From NCBI GenBank assembly GCA_964016885.1, contig OZ024745.1, positions 74,152,001 to 74,216,000 of the forward strand: a stretch of 64,000 nucleotides of DNA. The letters are read 5' to 3'. Each line of letters starts with the position of its first letter. Position 1 is the first letter of the stretch. The notes under the pieces were generated by a model. That model was given only the letters and a program-made list of their open reading frames with translations. It did not search any database and had not been told where the DNA came from. The DNA comes from Eledone cirrhosa. Taxonomy: Eukaryota. The translations under genes were made by a program, and so were the position numbers. Positions 43,285 through 57,207 of the stretch are shown here, one piece after another.

Positions 43285-43577
43285 TAGTTATGTAATAAAC
43301 AACATAAGATAATTATTTCATTTACCAGTGGTTTCTTGAAGGCAGATGTTGTGTCTGTCTTCATTTTCACTAAATTTTGTTTTCAAATCCATATTTAACA
43401 AAAACACCATGTTATTTATTCATTCTGACGACTGAAGACAGACACAACATCTGCCTTCAAGAAACCACTGGTAAATGAAATAATTATCTTATATTGATTA
43501 TTACATAACTAATAAGCTCTGTAGCCTACATAGAGCACTCTTTTTTTCTGTACCTTTCCGACGGAAATACTTCATTC
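43285..43577 (+). mobile_element. Fold-back PLE-like fragment with one complete HHR
   Basis: Arms 43285-43363 and 43433-43511; microsatellite flanks. Confidence 0.7.
43419..43479 (+). ncRNA. Type-I hammerhead ribozyme
   Basis: ttcatt CTGACGA c tgaag-a-caga...tctg-c-cttca a GAAA ccactgg TA aatgaa. Confidence 0.8.
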
Positions 43578-43609
43578 ACACACACACATACACACACACA
43601 CACACACAT

Positions 43610-43816
<207 letters not shown>

Positions 43817-43822
43817 TATGTA

Positions 43823-43865
<43 letters not shown>

Positions 43866-43871
43866 TATGTA

Positions 43872-43914
<43 letters not shown>

Positions 43915-43937
43915 TATGTGTGTATATATATATATAT

Positions 43938-44894
43938 ACTAGACATGAAAAATGCGCAAGCTCAAAAGTGCCACAGAATGTTATAATAAACCTTCAAAAG
44001 TGTGGGACTAGAGTTGTTGCTAAAAAATATTGTAATCATTATATATCGTACATTCTGTGGCATCCTTTATAAAAATAGCTTAAACCAACGAAGCCTTTAT
44101 TTTTACGCTATTTCACTTAGTTAATTCTTAGAGTGTAACATATAAAAATATGATTTACAACTATAAAATAAATTAATTAATATAATAACAGAGCTGCGGA
44201 GCTGAAATTTAGGAAATAATGGAGTATCGGATCCTGAGTTGGAGCCAGTCAATTTTTGGCCGACTCCGCAGCCCTGTATAATACATTTCATATTAAAGTT
44301 ATTAATAAACCTATTTTACACTTCATGCAAATTACCACGAGATATTGATATTAGATATAAGATACAGCGCAATATCTACAGCTGTAAAAGTACGAAAGCG
44401 AAGTTATAATAAGTGGCTTAAGGTAATTCCAATATGAAAGTTTGTAGTGATAAAAATTTGATAATGCAATACGATTGTTAATATTATAGTTCTATGAAAA
44501 TGTAACAATAGATAACTAAATTATTTTACTATTAGTATATTTAAGAAATTATCATTATAGATTTGATCGTTCATATAAGCATCATATTAAGTTTCAACAC
44601 AATTATTTTGTTACTATGAGTATATGATAATAATATTACGTAATTATTTATAGCTGTTATTACATTAAACATAGATGTATTTATTTTTATATGTTACACT
44701 CTAAGAATTAACTAAGTGAAATAGCGTAAAAATAAAGGCTTCGTTGGTTTAAGCTATTTTTATAAAGGATGCCACAGAATGTACGATATATAATGATTAC
44801 AATATTTTTTAGCAACAACTCTAGTCCCACACTTTTGAAGGTTTATTATAACATTCTGTGGCACTTTTGAGCTTGCGCATTTTTCATGTCTAGT
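43938..44894. mobile_element. Unclassified element with 213-bp terminal inverted repeats
   Basis: 43938-44150 is the reverse complement of 44682-44894; AT-rich non-coding interior. Confidence 0.75.
44189..44276. mobile_element. Short hAT-type MITE
   Basis: TIR cagagctgcggag/ctccgcagccctg; 8-bp TSD tataataa/tataatac. Confidence 0.65.
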
Positions 44895-46008
44895 TTAATA
44901 TTTTTTTAAGGCAACGCTTGTAATAACTCTAGTTAAACAGGATATATATTAATAATAAATTATCGTTGTAATGTAATTAGATTATGTAATTGTTATTATA
45001 AATTATCTTATAAATATTAGTGTAAGATGTATAAAAATATTTTCAGACTTTTAATATAAACAACTACAAAAAACAATCAATATTAAATCAATATATTATA
45101 CATAATAGAAAACATAAAATATACAATACAAAAACAAAATATTTACATACAATTGCAATTATCAGTGTATATACATTTTCTTTATATTCCCTGAGCAAAT
45201 TAATAAGATTTGTTTTTATTGTACATAATTTGATGACTTGTTGGAGTGTATTAAAAGATAGCAACAATTTGTGATTAAATTGTTATCTTAAGCAACTCAC
45301 TTTTTAATAGTTGTTGGCTGAGCGAAATTGTAAAAGCCTATGAGCAAATATAAAAAAAAATACACAAACAACATTTCCTTGTGTTATTACAACATTAGAT
45401 AAAATAATTGAGCAATGTCGTTATATTTTGCTCTTATTGCACATTAATAGTGTTTCTATTTTTCGGCACAAATCCATTACGGCAGTCCATTACTGGTACT
45501 TTATTTTATCGAATTAGTAAGTATGAAAGTCGAAGTTAACCTGGGCAGGATTTGAACTTAGAATGCAAAGGACCATAACAATACTGCAAAGCATGGTGTC
45601 TGACGCTCTACCAATACTTGTGTTGAGCTGGTCATTAATTTATGGTGGTCGTGCGTGGAGTAGAGCAATCGCTAGTTGAAATATTATGAACAAAACATTT
45701 TTATTTGCCGAAGAACATATTTTCAATACTGTTTGTGAATGTGACGAAGGAAATACATTCTGATATGGAACAGTGTACAAAGTGTGTCTGTGAATAACAT
45801 AATGTTACCTCATGTTGTTGTCAAGACATAATGGATTTCGTATATCCAGTTAGAAGATGAAACCTAGCCATCTCGGATTAGTTATATTTCATGCCATGTG
45901 TAAACGTGTTTGAGGATAGCAAAATATGCGCGTTAATTATAATAATTAGTTAATAATATTACAAAATATACCTAATTAAACTCTTTGCTTGAAATTTTAT
46001 CATTCTTC

Positions 46009-46075
<67 letters not shown>

Positions 46076-47074
46076 GAGATTTATCTAGTCCTTCGCTCAA
46101 GATTAATCTATAAGTTTAGATGTTTGCCTTCGTTTAAGTAAATATTACAGTAAGATTTTTAATATAAACAACTACAAAAAACAATTAATATTAAAACGAA
46201 AAAATTATCAATGATAAAAGAAGCGGATGCAACTTTTTTTTTTATAAAGTTATATTCCTGTTTCTTTAAAGAACATTTCATTTTTGTTCTATTGTAGGCG
46301 AAATAATGCAATGGTTTAATAGGGAAGATATAACTTACGAATTATGTCTCTAACCGTGTAACGCTTTTTAAGTAGATAACTACAATTGAAAATACTAAAG
46401 AAATGGAACCAACAATTCAATTTGAAAGTCGTCTAGTGACAGTGTATTACTGGTACTTTATTTTATCGACCCCGTGACGATGAAAGGCAAAAATGCAAAT
46501 GCTTAAAATTTAAATTGCCTTAATTCTATCGTCTGCTGTTTCATTAAAGGGAGATTATCGTCTGTATTTAATTCTATCGTCTACTGTTCCACTAAACAGA
46601 TATACCTCCACTATCGTCTCTATTTATACATTTTAACTTATAACTTATACACATTTGATTTGAAATATTTTATCTAGTCCCCCCTCTCAATATTATGATG
46701 ATTTCTTTCGAATGAAACAGTTCTAGTCCTGTAGAAGCCATTTATATATATAATTGAACTGAGTTAAAAATTCACAATATTTATAATTAAATAAGCTCAT
46801 ATATATATGTGTGTATTTATCTGTTTATTGTATTATATATAATGTGTGTATATACAGGATGTCCCCCAAAAATATATACACACTTCAACAGCATTCTAAT
46901 AACTATTGCCTGTACAGGTAATCAAAGTGTCAATCGAATGTTAGTTTCGTGTTTTAACAGTACAAATTTACAATACACACATAAAACCAGTGTATATACA
47001 TACATGAGTGTGTATACACATACATGAATGTGTATATACAATATATATGTATATATATATAGACACATATATTC

Positions 47075-47420
47075 ACGGTGCAACGGTACATTAAAATATA
47101 GATGCGGGAGAGGGGGGTGTATATATAGGGGCGCTGGGGATAAAGGAGTGTAAAGCGTGTGTAATTGATATATTGAAGGAGAGGAGCGTGCAGCGATAGA
47201 GTAACAAATATATAGAGAGGGGGAGAGATGGTATTGAAGGGGAGGAGTGCAAAGCGAAAGAGTAAGAGATATATATAGAGACGGAACAGATAGAGAGAAA
47301 CAGGCGTAAGTAACAGTGGAAGAGATATAGAGAGAGGTACTCTGATTGGTTGAAAATTAGCCAATGACATACGATCACCACCACCACGGCTATCCCCGAA
47401 AAATTTTTAAAGAAGCTAGG
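47075..47420 (-). mobile_element. Possible non-autonomous Helitron-like repeat
   Basis: Purine-rich internal repeats, ctgattgg/ccaat motifs, terminal tgtaccgttgcaccgtg on minus strand. Confidence 0.3.
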
Positions 47421-47563
47421 CATATATGTTAGAACACGAAAAGTGAACATTCTGTTGTTTCACACTTTTCGTGTTCTAACAGATATATGTGTGTGTATAT
47501 ATATATGTATATATATATATGTGTGTGTGTGTGTCTGTGTGTGTGTATCTATATATATAATTA

Positions 47564-47675
<112 letters not shown>

Positions 47676-47735
47676 ATTATAATATGTATATATGTATATA
47701 TATATATATATATATAAATATGTATATATATATAA

Positions 47736-47875
<140 letters not shown>

Positions 47876-47877
47876 TA

Positions 47878-47926
<49 letters not shown>

Positions 47927-47928
47927 TA

Positions 47929-47999
<71 letters not shown>

Positions 48000-50360
48000 T
48001 AATTTGAAGAACGTCAGTATTCCATGTGTCATAATTCCCGATTATCATTGGTTCATAGGTTTCAATCGACTCCGCCCACCTCAACGACGCCAAACTGAAA
48101 TTAATATGCATAATGCCAATTAGGGAGTGAGAGAGGAGAGTGTGAACGCTGTGTTTCAATAACTATTAACATGTGTGCGTGTGTAAGTACGTGCGCGTAT
48201 GTTTATGTGTGTGTGCGTGCGTGCAGCGTTCCACAGAAACTATAAACTATCAATATGTGTGACTGTGTGCATGTGTAAGTTTGCGTGCGTGTGCACGTTT
48301 CCATGCCTGCATGTGTGTGGCGTTCCACAATCACCACACAGTTTATCTGTCTGTGTGCCTGTCTGTGTGTCTGTCTGGAGTAAATAGGGACCTTTTTTTA
48401 CATTGACGGGCATCTTTTATATTTATTATTGTGTCATTTTTTGATAATTGCTCGAAATGAATACTGATAATAAAAGCAATTCGACTTTATCAAACAGTGA
48501 ACTACAGCGGCGACTGCGTGCAGCCAGCAATGAAGAAAAGCGGGCCGAACAGCGCCATCGGAGCGCCCAACTTCAGAGGCGAAGACGTGCCGCCATGAAT
48601 GAAGAGGAGCTAGCTGAACAACGCCAACGAAACACTGGAGCCAAGCAGCGACGGCGTGCTGCGATGATTGAAGGCGAACTGACTGAGCATCATCAGCAGA
48701 TTGCCAGAATTCAGCAGCAACGGCGTGCTGCAATGGATGAAGAGGAGCTGGCTGAACAGCGCCAGCGAAATACAGAAGTTCAGAGAATGTGTCGCCAAAG
48801 TGCTCCTCATTCCAGTAAAGAGGCTAGAAGGCGAACGGATGATATTAAAAATGGATCATGGCAACCGTGTCATTTTCAGATTGGTGGACGAGCAGAGTGT
48901 CCACATTGTGGAGCATTGCTTTGGAGGCACGAAAAGACGTGAACCACAATGTGCTGTCATAAAGGAGCAGTTCAACTAGAACCCTTGCGAATGCCGGATG
49001 ATGAGGAGTCACCGGAGTTTAAAATACTAAGTATGTGGGGTGATCAAGGAGACCGAGGTAGATTACTGCGCAAATATTCGCGGCAAATTAACAATTCATT
49101 AGCTTTAGCATCGCAGAGAGTTAGTGAGATGTTTGAGAGTGGAGCATGGCAACCAAATGTAGTCATTCAAGGCTGTTTGTATCATTGTATCGGTAATTTA
49201 GAAGTTACCCAGGAGAGAGGCCTCGATTCGCTCAAATTTACGTTAACGATCCAGATTATAGTGAATCGGAGGAGGATATCAGGATCGGTTGGATGAAGTT
49301 GCCGGGAAATATAACTGAACTTGAACGGCAAAGGTTAAGTGATTTGATCCGTGATTTGCAATCATGGCTTAGACAGTGTAATCCTTATATTATAGATTTC
49401 ATGTTGGTGGCTGAACTGCAAAATGTTCAGCAGCAAACATTGGTGATTAAGGCTGACGCAGTGCCAAGGAATCAACACGAACGGCGATCTAATGCCCCTG
49501 AATAAGCCTGGATCGAGAGATATCGTCCTCAATCGCAGAGATGGTGGTCTCAAGCCTATCAATGAGTCAAATAGGGCATACGATCCATTGCATTATGTTC
49601 TTTTATTCCCAAAAGGTGAAAATGGATGGAACATGTCTGTTCATTTAGATGATCATGAGAATCAGTATCAACAGGGAGGTGGCAATAGACACAATAATTC
49701 GATTCGCGACTTTTACGCGTTCCATTTGAACGAGAGGAATCAACAAAGAAATGCACTATTTCAAGCCAGCAGATTGTTCCAGGAATACTGTTGAATGGCA
49801 TTTGCAAAGATCGAAAATCAAAGGCTAAATTATATAGCTATACATCAGCAACATATCAGAGCTGAATTGTATAATAATATACAGGATGGGATAACAGCCG
49901 ATGATACCAATTACAAGCAAATTGGTCGACGCATCATTTTGCCATCGTCGTTCATCGGCGGCCCGAGATATATGAACATTCGCTATCAGGATGCAATGGC
50001 TATTGTCAGAAAGTTTGGAAAGCCAGATTTGTTTATAACGGTTACATGCAATCCTGAATGGACTGATATTAAGGATGCACTTTTGCCAGGACAACAGCCA
50101 AAGGATCGTCCTGATATTGTGGCAAGAGTATTCAAAGGATATCTGAAAAAGATAATGGATGATGTGGAAAAAGAGGGTATCTTTGGAGGTATAGTTGCTT
50201 TTACATACGTAATTGAATTCCAAAAAAGAGGATTGCCACATCCACATTTGCTGATCTTTTTACATAGAGATTGCAAATTGAGATGTTCTGAGGATGTCGA
50301 CAGCATTGTGTGTGCTGAACTGCCGGAGAATGAGGCACTACGCAACTTGGTGGCAAAGTC
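48000..50360 (+). mobile_element. Helitron, 5' portion, truncated within Rep
   Basis: See pseudogene call; starts after (TA)n and is cut by an HHR-bearing insertion. Confidence 0.85.
48448..50360 (+). pseudogene. Helitron RepHel N-terminal half (zinc finger, Helitron-like N region, HUH Rep motifs 1-2)
   Basis: EEELAEQRQRNT repeats; CPHCGALLW..CCHKG; YDPLHYVLLFP; LPSSFIGGPRYM; GKPDLFITVTCNPEW; EFQKRGLPHPH; in-frame stops 48940 and 49792 plus frameshifts. Confidence 0.9.
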
Positions 50361-50393
50361 ATGGGTACGTCTTTATTTATAAAACAAACTTTG

Positions 50394-50458
50394 TATTTTA
50401 TCTGATGAAAGCGCACCAAGGTTGGCTTGGTTGCTCTTGAAATATATATAATAAAATA
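50394..50458 (+). ncRNA. Type-I hammerhead ribozyme (TATTTTAT family)
   Basis: tattttat CTGATGA aagcgcaccaag-gttgg-cttggttgctctt GAAA tatata TA ataaaata. Confidence 0.85.
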
Positions 50459-50499
50459 AATATGGTTTTATAAATATAGTTTCCATTTATTTAATATCA

Positions 50500-50700
50500 T
50501 GGATTGGCAGTATCGGTAGAGGGTCGGACGCCATACTTTCCAGCATAGTTACGTCCCTTTACGATCTGAGTTCAAATCCCGCCAAGGTTGACTTTGCCTT
50601 TCATCCTTACGGGGTCGATAAAATAAAGTACCAGTAATGCACTGGGTATTTGCTGGCCTTGTGCCTAAAGTAGAAACAATTATTATTATTATTATTATTA
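50500..50700 (+). mobile_element. Nin-like SINE with (ATT)n tail
   Basis: Consensus match. Confidence 0.85.
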
Positions 50701-51192
50701 TTATACTTGGGGAGAGTCGTATTGTAATAATATTGCCAGAAATAATAACAAAACATACTCACTGTTTGGTTGGTTTTCGCTTCTGTATCTTTTATATCTC
50801 CATAGTTAATTCATTTGGCCATCAATGTTTATCACTGACTGACCAACGGTCAAAAATACAGATATAAATACATATATATAGTCTAACAAAGTTCTTTCGT
50901 TGCACATCTGCAACATCATCAGTGGAACTGTTATCATTTTTTCCCATGCTGTATTGTATGTATTGTAATGTCTACGCCATTTTTATTTTATCTATTTATT
51001 TATTTATTTTTGTCTCCGTCTCTGCGCATGCGTTTGCGTGTGTGTATAGTGTTTGATGTGTGTGTTCGCGTTTGGGTATATGTGCTTTGGTTATTGTATT
51101 CTATCTTAGTTTATTAGTGTGTGTTTATATGTGTTTGCTGTTATTGTGTTTGTGTATATATTTATTTATTTGTTTATTTATATTTCTCTTAA
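50701..51192 (-). mobile_element. Solo PLE pseudo-LTR of the 6181-8040 family, HHR at 50887-50924
   Basis: Reverse-complement similarity to about 7288-7992 without the SINE; ca CTGATGA t gttgca-gatg-tgcaac GAAA gaac TT tg. Confidence 0.85.
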
Positions 51193-51200
51193 GAGAAACA

Positions 51201-51235
<35 letters not shown>

Positions 51236-51325
51236 ATCTTCCCCGCTGCCACGTCACGATTCTTAGCCATTTTTAATGTATTCTTGGCGCGATCACTTTG
51301 GAAAATTAATTGTCTAATTTTGAGC

Positions 51326-51405
51326 TAACTCCTGATGAATCCGAAGCTCTGGATATCCCCTGTTATCGGATGTCTTAAAATACGGATGAAACCATGGTAG
51401 AGGTA
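51326..51405 (+). ncRNA. Type-I hammerhead ribozyme within cassette about 51237-51680
   Basis: ctc CTGATGA atccg...cggat GAAA ccatgg TA gag; palindromic stem III; inner stem ggatatcc/ggatgtct. Confidence 0.85.
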
Positions 51406-51699
51406 ATTACCTATATACACGTTTCTTCTAAGTTTATTCTACACCTAATTGTGTTTAGTTGACTGTATCTGTGGTCGATTTATACATGCTGTCGAAATGT
51501 TCGATAAATACGCCGTCGTAACTGCCGCGAAGGGGCTGCTTTCGGTTATTTGTCGGAGATTTCTTCATAGGATCCTTTATTCTTATAGCTTGGTCTAATT
51601 GATTTTTTATATGGTTAATTATGCTAATTGGGAGAGGAAACCGTATATATTTTATCTAGTGATTCTAAAGACATGTTTTATGATATATATATATATATA

Positions 51700-51893
51700 T
51701 AGGAACGAGTAGGACCCCGACGGCTGAGTTCAAGCCGTTTCGACGGCTAATTCTGGCGTCCAGAATTAGCCGTCGAAACGGCTTGAACTCAGCCGTCGGG
51801 GTCCTACTCATTCCTATTACCCACTCTACTACCCTAAGTATTGAGTACTTTGGTGCGTTATGGTCTATCGGGTTCCTTACCACATTTCCTTCG

Positions 51894-51896
<3 letters not shown>
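51700..51896. mobile_element. Fold-back element, inverted twin of 4835-5042
   Basis: Same sequence family and same ends; (TA)n flanks. Confidence 0.8.
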
Positions 51897-51956
<60 letters not shown>

Positions 51957-52039
51957 AGGTGAGTTTTATTGTAGTACAATAAAGCAATGCAGATATCGGA
52001 TAAGAATCACTCTACAATTTGTAGGACTGGAGTATACAT

Positions 52040-52352
52040 AATATATAAGATCAAAAGATGGTTAAATGAGTTCCATGTATTTTATTATGAGCATTTCAAA
52101 AATAAATATCATCATGCAATAACATTTGTGTTTTGATCAGATAAAATAGGAAGACATGATATGAAGGTTAAAAACACTTGTGGATAGTGCAGTTTTAAAT
52201 CAACAAACTGCACTATCCACAAGTGTTTTTAACCTTCATATCATGTCTTCCTATTTTATCTGATGAAAACACAAATGTTATTGCATGATGATATTTGTTT
52301 TTGAAACGTGCATAATAAAATACATGGAACTCATTTAACCATCTTTTGATCT

Positions 52353-52360
<8 letters not shown>
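52040..52360. mobile_element. Fold-back PLE-like element, about 156-bp arms, HHR motif on both strands
   Basis: Arms 52040-52195 and 52205-52360. Confidence 0.8.
52252..52322 (+). ncRNA. Type-I hammerhead ribozyme (related TATTTTAT family); minus-arm copy 52078-52148 has core CUGAUCA
   Basis: tattttat CTGATGA aaacacaaatgttat...atgatatttgttttt GAAA cgtgca TA ataaaata. Confidence 0.75.
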
Positions 52361-52395
<35 letters not shown>

Positions 52396-52401
<6 letters not shown>

Positions 52402-52546
52402 TTGCTTGGTTTTTTATATGAAATTGTGTGTCGAAACAAATATTGTTATACTTGGGGAGAGTCGTATTGTTGTAATAATATTGCCAAAAATAATAACAGA
52501 ACACATTCACTATTTGGTTGGTTTTCGCTTCTATATCTTTTATATC
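52396..52546 (-). mobile_element. PLE pseudo-LTR tail fragment (6181-8040 family) ending in (TA)n
   Basis: Encodes [21 protein letters not shown]; matches about 7890-8040. Confidence 0.8.
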
Positions 52547-53027
52547 TGCGAACTTAACAAAAACATCAGATAGAACCATATGCTGAGATATGTAAAATTT
52601 ATGTTGTTTTTCTCTTGATGAATGTGGTTCTATCTGATGTTTTTGTTAAGTTCGCAAACTCTTTCTATATTCTTTCATATTGTGTACGAGTTTGTTGTGA
52701 CCTCGGATAGTTGAGATATCGTTTTCTATGTGGTTGTGTTTTATATCATAGATGCATGTCCTTTGAGAATATGTACTTGGTTGGGGAAGTATATCAGTAT
52801 GTTCTGTGTTGTTTAGGATATAAAGGGCGTTTAATTCTGATTCTATCGTGTCCCACATTATGGCATTTTAACTGAATTCTCTTATCACGTATCAAGTGTC
52901 GTCGACAGTGTCTTTGGAATGCACACACGGTTTTGTAGCTGTTTTGTCATCCGTCGTTTAAGCTTATCGTGGTATAATTTGAGATTTTGAAATGTTCTAT
53001 GCTTGGCTTGTAATGTCGTTTTCAAAA

Positions 53028-53340
53028 TAATGGTTTCTGATTTAGGCAAAGGACCAACAATTTTGAGAGAGAGGAAAGTCGATTAAATCGACCTCAGTTC
53101 ATTACTAGTGCTTTATTTTATCGAGCCCCGTAGGCAAAGTTTACCTTGGCAAGTTGTCCGACGCTCTACTGATTCTGCCAATCAACCCCCCAAATAATAG
53201 CGATGTAAACGTCGTTTGTGTTATTAAATTGGCGTTAGATTGTCAAAGAGAAGGCTTTGCAGTATTTATTCCGACTCTCTGCGCTCTAAATTCAAATCCT
53301 ACCAGCTTTGCCCTTCATTCTTTTGGCTTCGATAAATAAA
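53028..53340. mobile_element. Diverged SINE fragments
   Basis: Nin-like family motifs on both strands. Confidence 0.55.
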
Positions 53341-53520
53341 TTTCCAATCAAATACTTAGATAATGCACAAGGTGGGTGACAGGCAGATGAAATATAGAAA
53401 ATATTGACAGATGAGCAGGGCAAGGAGAATTGTTTTGGCGCATAGAAATGACTGGAAGAAGGAAATAAAGCAAGGCTATGTACAAGACAAGTTCACGCAC
53501 GCACGCAAGCACACACACAC

Positions 53521-54570
<1,050 letters not shown>

Positions 54571-54915
54571 CTGGCCTCTAGCATGAGTCGTAAACCACGA
54601 CAATCTAGGGAGTTCTGTTGTTTCTTTTTTTTCTTGCATAGCTACTAAGCGTTTGGCTGATTCTTTGCGGATGGTTGTTTACAGCACTTTATCTTTACTC
54701 CAGCACACATACTCACCAGTAGCAACATTTTATGCAATAACTACTACATCATTAAGATGCACGCATTACTCAGACTAAGTGAATATATCACCACATTGTT
54801 AATTGTAAACGATTTAGGAATTACTTGTCGATTCCTAAGTTGTTGTATTTCCTCTAAGTTAGTCCCTCTTACAAATTCTCGTCGTCTCTACTACGCTTTG
54901 ACGACATAATATTCA

Positions 54916-55710
54916 ATGAGCTCGAGGGTCTGGTCAATGTCCGACTCTCTCCAGAGAGGTTTGGAGGCCCCACTCTGCGTAAATTCGTGTCATTGTCTCT
55001 ACCTTGCTTTCTTTCCGCCATCCACGTTTATTCCCCTTTTAATGGGTGACATCCTCTCCTTTTCAACATTGACTAATTCCACCAGGGAGATTGATGAAGC
55101 TTTACTACAGTGGAGAGAGCTGGGTTTGTCAGTTTCTGATACTGACGAGAATAGACAGAAGCAGAAAGTATGGGACAATCTGCGTCAAGCGAAACCTTTA
55201 AATCTCTCTTTGATGATTCTGATCAATTTTCTAGGTGCCCCTTACTTTCTGTAAGCGCAAAGTTCTCAGAGAACTGGATTGATGCCCTGCCTGTGACCAA
55301 CATTGGTGGTCTTCTCAGTCTGGATGAGCTCCGCGTCTCTATTGCACTCTGAATCGTAGCCGATGTCTGTTGGGGGTCTGAGATGTAGCTGTGGTAGGTC
55401 CCCCGTCTCCACAGGCCTCCATGGTCTTTCCTGCCGCTTGAATGCTGGTCGCTATGTCCGCTCCACCAAGCTAAACCTGATCATTAAACGGGCCCTAGCT
55501 CAGGTAAATATGCCTTTCGTTCTGGATCCGTCTGGATTATCCAGACGTAATGTAAGAGACCAGACGGCCTTACCCGTTGTCCCTGTGTAAGAGGTAGGTG
55601 TCTCATCTGGAACCTGGAATTATCAAACAATTATTTGTTCCATCCTGTTGCGTTCGAGACGTTTGGTGGAATTAGGCTGCTTACAGAGCAGTTCTTGTCA
55701 TCGTTGGCGG
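54916..55710 (+). mobile_element. CRE-like non-LTR retrotransposon fragment (zinc knuckle plus RLE nuclease)
   Basis: CSCG..GLHGLSC, LNLIIKRAL, LDPSGLSR, KRPDGLT, FHPVAFETFG. Confidence 0.8.
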
Positions 55711-55897
55711 CTCACCTTATCGAGGTGTCAGGTTGGGAGTGGTTCTAGGCTTGGAGTAGGACAGTCTGTGGTATGCGGCCCATTGTCGCACTTGGTGTTG
55801 AATTGATGGTTGTCTTTGTTTGTTTTTTCTCGCTGTGATCATATATTTTGGAACGTATTTGTGAAGTGCCAAACAATAATTAATTGTTTTTATTATA

Positions 55898-56108
55898 TGG
55901 ATTAGCAGTATCGATAGAGCGTCGTACAACACGCTTCGTAGCATAGAGTTACAGCTCTTTACATTCTAAGTTCAAATCCCGCCGAGGTTAGCTTTGCCTT
56001 TCATCTTTACGGGGTCGATGAATGAAGCACCAGTAATACACTTGGGCCGATTTAATCGATTTTCCCTTCACCCAAAGTTGCTGGCCTTCTGCCTAAAATA
56101 GAATCAAT
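55898..56108 (+). mobile_element. Nin-like SINE
   Basis: Consensus match. Confidence 0.75.
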
Positions 56109-57207
56109 TATATGTCTATATTTTCATTCTGAAAGAATTATAAACAATTTGTAATGTTATTTAACTATATTTCACACACACGTATCAATTTTATATAACA
56201 GCAATTGTTTCTAACAATTACCCGTTTCCCAGACACAAGCACTCATCAGTGTATCATGAATATTCACATATGGATACAAACTAAAATACATCAATGTGAA
56301 AATACAATTTTTTTTTTTTTTTGCAACATATGAAAGTTTTCTGTTGTATCGAAATTCTCCGTTAACCTTCGAACATAAAATCACATACTGTGTAAATTCT
56401 TCTATGTTACTGTGTTAACATGCATATTTTATTCCAAAGGGAATGAATAACTTTCTTATCAACTGAAGTTCCCTGTAGCTCTACATATGCCTTAACTGTA
56501 ACTGTTATTTATAACGTGGTATTTATGCGACTTTAACCAATTGTTGTCGATTTAAACATTAAAAAAGTGTGTGAAATATTAAATATGTGACGTCAACGTT
56601 CTTTGATTATTAAACCTCTTGTCAATTTATAGATGAATAACTATGGATTTGTAATCTAATTTAGTCGTTCGGCCTATTATCTGTGAACCACAGTTTTAAA
56701 TTCTATCATAGCTAATTTGGAGCTGCGCAAGGACAAAAGTTACTTAAACTCGCTACGTGACAGTTTTCAACTTTTTCTAAAGAGCCATAACTCTAAGCTA
56801 CAAAGCATAATGTCTTTAAAAAATTATAAATTACAAAAAATGATCAATACAAGAATAATGATCATTATACGTTATAAAATAAATAGGATGGGTTAGGGTC
56901 CCAATATGTAAACTAAATGGCTAATTCTGGTTTTTAAAAGAAATCAAGGGAAACAACCTAGAAAAATTACCAATTCCCCACACCCTGCTTATTCCACCAC
57001 CCCATATTATTTGTGATCCGAGAATAATTAGCCAAGAAATTTTAATTGTACTACACCTATAGTAATACGAACACCCATTATCATAAGGACTAATTCGTCC
57101 ATTCGTCGAATTTTAGCGAGACGGGGATAACAACATCATTAGAAGTTGCTAGACTACTAAAGTAAGAATGTGCTGTTTTGCCAACTGGAGTTATTTAGAA
57201 GATAATG

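Noticed and set aside
45049-46196. About 39-bp direct repeat 1.1 kb apart (ttttaatataaacaactacaaaaaacaat...)
   Set aside because: AT-rich, with no coherent element between the copies; cannot distinguish a TSD from an old duplication
56214-56252. Minus-strand CTGATGA...GAAAcgggTA hammerhead candidate
   Set aside because: Stem II does not pair and stem I is out of register; at best a decayed relic
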